From the NCBI RefSeq assembly GCF_018350175.1, contig NC_058377.1, positions 106,206,001 through 106,270,000 on the forward strand: DNA of 64,000 nt, given 5' to 3'. The notes beneath the pieces were generated by a model that saw nothing but the letters and a program-made list of their open reading frames with translations, was not told where the DNA came from and did no database searches. Origin of the DNA: Felis catus (Eukaryota). Positions within the stretch are counted from its first letter, which is position 1; every line of letters starts with the position of its first letter. A program made the position numbers and the translations under genes. Below are positions 54,918-64,000 of the stretch, one piece after another.

Positions 54918-55358
54918 NNNNNNNNNNNNNNNNNNNNNNNNNNNNNNNNNNNNNNNNNNNNNNNNNNNNNNNNNNNNNNNNNNNNNNNNNNNNNNNNNNN
55001 NNNNNNNNNNNNNNNNNNNNNNNNNNNNNNNNNNNNNNNNNNNNNNNNNNNNNNNNNNNNNNNNNNNNNNNNNNNNNNNNNNNNNNNNNNNNNNNNNNNN
55101 NNNNNNNNNNNNNNNNNNNNNNNNNNNNNNNNNNNNNNNNNNNNNNNNNNNNNNNNNNNNNNNNNNNNNNNNNNNNNNNNNNNNNNNNNNNNNNNNNNNN
55201 NNNNNNNNNNNNNNNNNNNNNNNNNNNNNNNNNNNNNNNNNNNNNNNNNNNNNNNNNNNNNNNNNNNNNNNNNNNNNNNNNNNNNNNNNNNNNNNNNNNN
55301 NNNNNNNNNNNNNNNNNNNNNNNNNNNNNNNNNNNNNNNNNNNNNNNNNNNNNNNNNN

Positions 55359-56970
55359 GCAGGCACGAAGGCCGCGCGCAGCCTCCGCTACGTAGTGTTT
55401 GTTTCTCCCTCTCCTCCCCTCCCCCTTTCGGCTCACTGAGCCCAAAACAACGCAGCGGGGAACAGCTTTCCTTCCTGCCCCCTCGGTTCCCCTGCCGCGG
55501 GCGGGCGCGCGCCGAGGACGACCGATTTCCCTCCCCTTACCTCCCGCCCCCTCTCACCCCTGGGCCAATCGCCGCCAGTGATTCCACCGCGCAGCCGCAC
55601 CGGAGCCGGAGACGGGAAGGACTGGCTACGGCTCAAGTGCCTCGTAGCACGGCGGCGTGTGCGCGCCCGCCTTCCGTACTTCCAGCCATGGGCTCTGCGC
55701 AGACGCCCGAAGCTCCCTTTCTACACGCCCCTCCCACCCCGTCACCACCCTTACTCCCGTCTGGCTTCCGATCGAGCTGTCGTCTAAAGTCTTGCTTGCT
55801 AGTCTTTCTTCCCTACTGCCTATACGTCCCCCAGCTTCTTGAGAGTTAAAAAAAAAAAAAAAAAAGCCCAGGAGGGATGTTGTGGAGACTTGAAAGCCGC
55901 CTAGCAATTGTCTGTTTAGTAAACAAAGGGCTTCCTCGAACTAAGGAATACAGTGACACCCTCCCCCCCACCCCGGCCCTCTTCTCTGAATCCTTTAACT
56001 TATCTACCCAGCAACAGACGCCCGGACCTCGCCTTTTAGCTTTCTTATTGGCCAACTTGAATCGTCATCTGCAATTCTGATTGGTCATCCGTGATCGGCC
56101 GGATTCTTCCAATTGGCGAAGCTGACGGGAGATTTCCCCGCCGCCCCCCCCCCCCCCCCCGCCGCGGGTTGATCTGCAGGGGGCTGTAGAGGCGGGGTCG
56201 CTTCTGCGGGATTATTTTTCCAGGGCCGCTTTTGATTGGACGGTGTGGCGCATTGCGCGCGACCCTTCAGATACCAAACTGCCGAGACATCGGTCCCGGT
56301 CGTCTAAGTGCTTCCGCCCGTAAACCGAAGCCGAGGGGGAGACTTCCGTGCTTGGGTATTTGCAGAGGGCGAGGGGTTGGCCGCGGAGCTTGGTGTGCTT
56401 GTAACTGAGCTGCTCTGCGGCCGCGCCAGCTTAAGCCTGTGAGTTGGTTGCACAAACCACATTCAGCTCGGTCCCCAGCTTCTGATGCCGACATAAACAA
56501 ATGTTTATTTAATACGCGCAAAAAAAGACCAGGAGTGGTGGCAAGCCCCGTAGACCTCTTTTAGCAGTTGTCCCCGCCTATTCCCTTCCACTTCCGGGTC
56601 AAGAAGGTGTGTCCAAGAGAAAGGAGGAAGCAAATTCCGCCGGCATTCCCACGCCTGCCACAGTTCCTTAGTCCGGCCCTTCCTTTTTCGGGAGGGTCTG
56701 TTCACCCCGGAGTCTCCTCTTTATGAAATCACTTAATCTCTGGCTTTGCTGTACCCACATCCTCTCCCTGATTAGTCCTGTACGTTTAAAGATTGAAAAT
56801 TACTACAGAGAAGAGACAAGTAAAACTCATTCCCGGGGGGCGTGCTGGAGAAGGCTAATTTCCTGCCTTCTTAAATCGGCTATCTAAATCAGTTGTTTTG
56901 TTCCCATCTCCAGAGCTCCAATTGCTCTTTCGCGTCCCAATTCCACAAGAGCTCTGGGCGACAAAGAGTT
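55359..56970. promoter_or_regulatory. Divergent CpG-island promoter region HNRNPUL2 (-) / TTC9C (+)
   Basis: CpG-rich; CCAAT/ATTGG cluster 56047-56116; GC boxes; several CTTCCG ETS cores. Confidence 0.7.
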
Positions 56971-62580
<5,610 letters not shown>

Positions 62581-64000
62581 CAAAGAAGAAAGACGCTCCT
62601 CTACTTGAACTTAGGTGAACCATTAAAGACCCATCGAGGGGAAACCTGAGCCTCAGCAAGAGAAATTAACCCCATACCTCTGACCCACGTGGATTTCTGT
62701 TTTCTTTCTAGCTCTGCACAAACTCTCTGGCACTTAAGCAGGCTGTGTCTTTTTTTTTTTTGCCTGTCCATCTACGTATTTGTATAGCTTTCCATACGTG
62801 ATATTCTTGGAGATGTTTGCTTTGAGAAATACAATCAGCTATATGTGAAATAATCCTGTCTATGGCATAGATTTTAACGATAGATGTTGTTAGATGTGTC
62901 CATATACAGAGGAAAAAGCTCATAAGGATGAAATCATGATCACAAAGTTTTTTCTTTGGTTCCTCAGCTTCCCAAAGCCAAAGTTACATAGGCCACAATC
63001 CGGGAAATATATTTTTTTGTGAAAATAGACAATTACAAGTTGGACCCACATGACTTAAACGACTTGAAATTAACCATTTTGATTAAATCAAATTCCTTAT
63101 GTACATTCAGACCTTCCCCCCCACAAAAGTATCTGGTTCCTATTTTTTCTGGTGATAATTTCTAGTCCCTGGTATTGTTCATACTCAGATCATTCATACA
63201 ATATGCTTATTTATTTTTTTCATTAAACTCTTCTATCTTAAAACCTTGAGTCAAGCATTTAAGTATTTAATAATTCTTCAGCCTCGTGCCAAAAAACCCC
63301 CCAAAACCTAAGTAAGCATTTTCTTTTTTAACAGGTGCATATCTATAGTATGCTCATTTCTCTAAAAAAAAGGGTGGGGCGGAATGGACAGGTTGCTGTG
63401 TCTTCTTGAAACAATACCATGAAAGAGCAGGATAAAAACATCAGTCTGTTCTTTCCCCGTCACCTTGTATTATGCAAAAGCTCAGTTCCTTACAGAGGAG
63501 GGAAATGAGGAAGAGTTCTCCTTCCCTAGTGCTTAAGCTCCCCATGGAACTTTCTGGAAGTTTTGTCAGTGCAGGCTGTGGACCTGGTACAGTCATGTCT
63601 CCGTAGGAGGTTCCATCAACCAGGAGATCCTTTGCCATTTTGTGTGCTTGTTGTGAATAACGTTCACAATGTATACTGCCTCTACCTTTATGACTAGAGG
63701 TAGTAAGCATGTGTCACTAGCCATTACATAAGGACAGATTTCAGAAAGAACAATAAAAACAATCCCAAGTCCTCTGTATTGCCAAGTGTGCATGAGTTTT
63801 CCATTTATCAGTAATGCCCCCTCCCAATGAGCCAGGCTCCGCTGTGTCTCCCATACCCCTTAAATAATACAACTTACAATAAAAAGCTTTTCTACCAAAT
63901 AATCTTGTGAGTCTAAGGACAGAACTAACAAAAATAGAATATTTCATTCCTTTCCCAAGCTGCTTACATTTCTAAGCCTAGGTTGACAAAATTATGTCAT

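Noticed and set aside
63441-63710. 89-aa ORF and two small hairpins (tgtgaa/ttcaca; actgcctcta/tagaggtagt, faintly let-7-like)
   Set aside because: No recognisable homology; stems too short for a pre-miRNA and the let-7 seed match is imperfect

Overview
Mammalian genomic DNA, almost certainly felid (dense carnivore tRNA-derived Can-SINEs, including a young feline-type copy). It is orthologous to the gene-dense human 11q12.3 cluster. Order: GANAB exon 1 (-), INTS5 (-), a SINE/LTR/L1-rich spacer, C11orf98 and LBHD1 (-, sharing three exons in different frames), CSKMT/METTL12 plus SNORA57 (+, nested in an LBHD1 intron), UQCC3 (+), UBXN1 (-), LRRN4CL (-), BSCL2/seipin (-), GNG3 (+), HNRNPUL2 (-, three exons wholly or partly in N gaps) and TTC9C (+). 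I placed exon boundaries by hand from GT/AG sites and frame arithmetic; all fully sequenced genes have intact frames. Gene names come from recognising the proteins, not from a database search. I see no unknown protein-coding system. The most interesting signals are regulatory. (1) The 11-16.6 kb module combines dual-frame exons, a TATA/5'TOP snoRNA host promoter, and a poly(A) signal whose cleavage zone sits on a GTAAGT donor upstream of the CSKMT start. (2) An array of YY1 motifs with ~31-bp spacing lies at 40.3-40.5 kb. (3) There are candidate micro/poison exons in HNRNPUL2.
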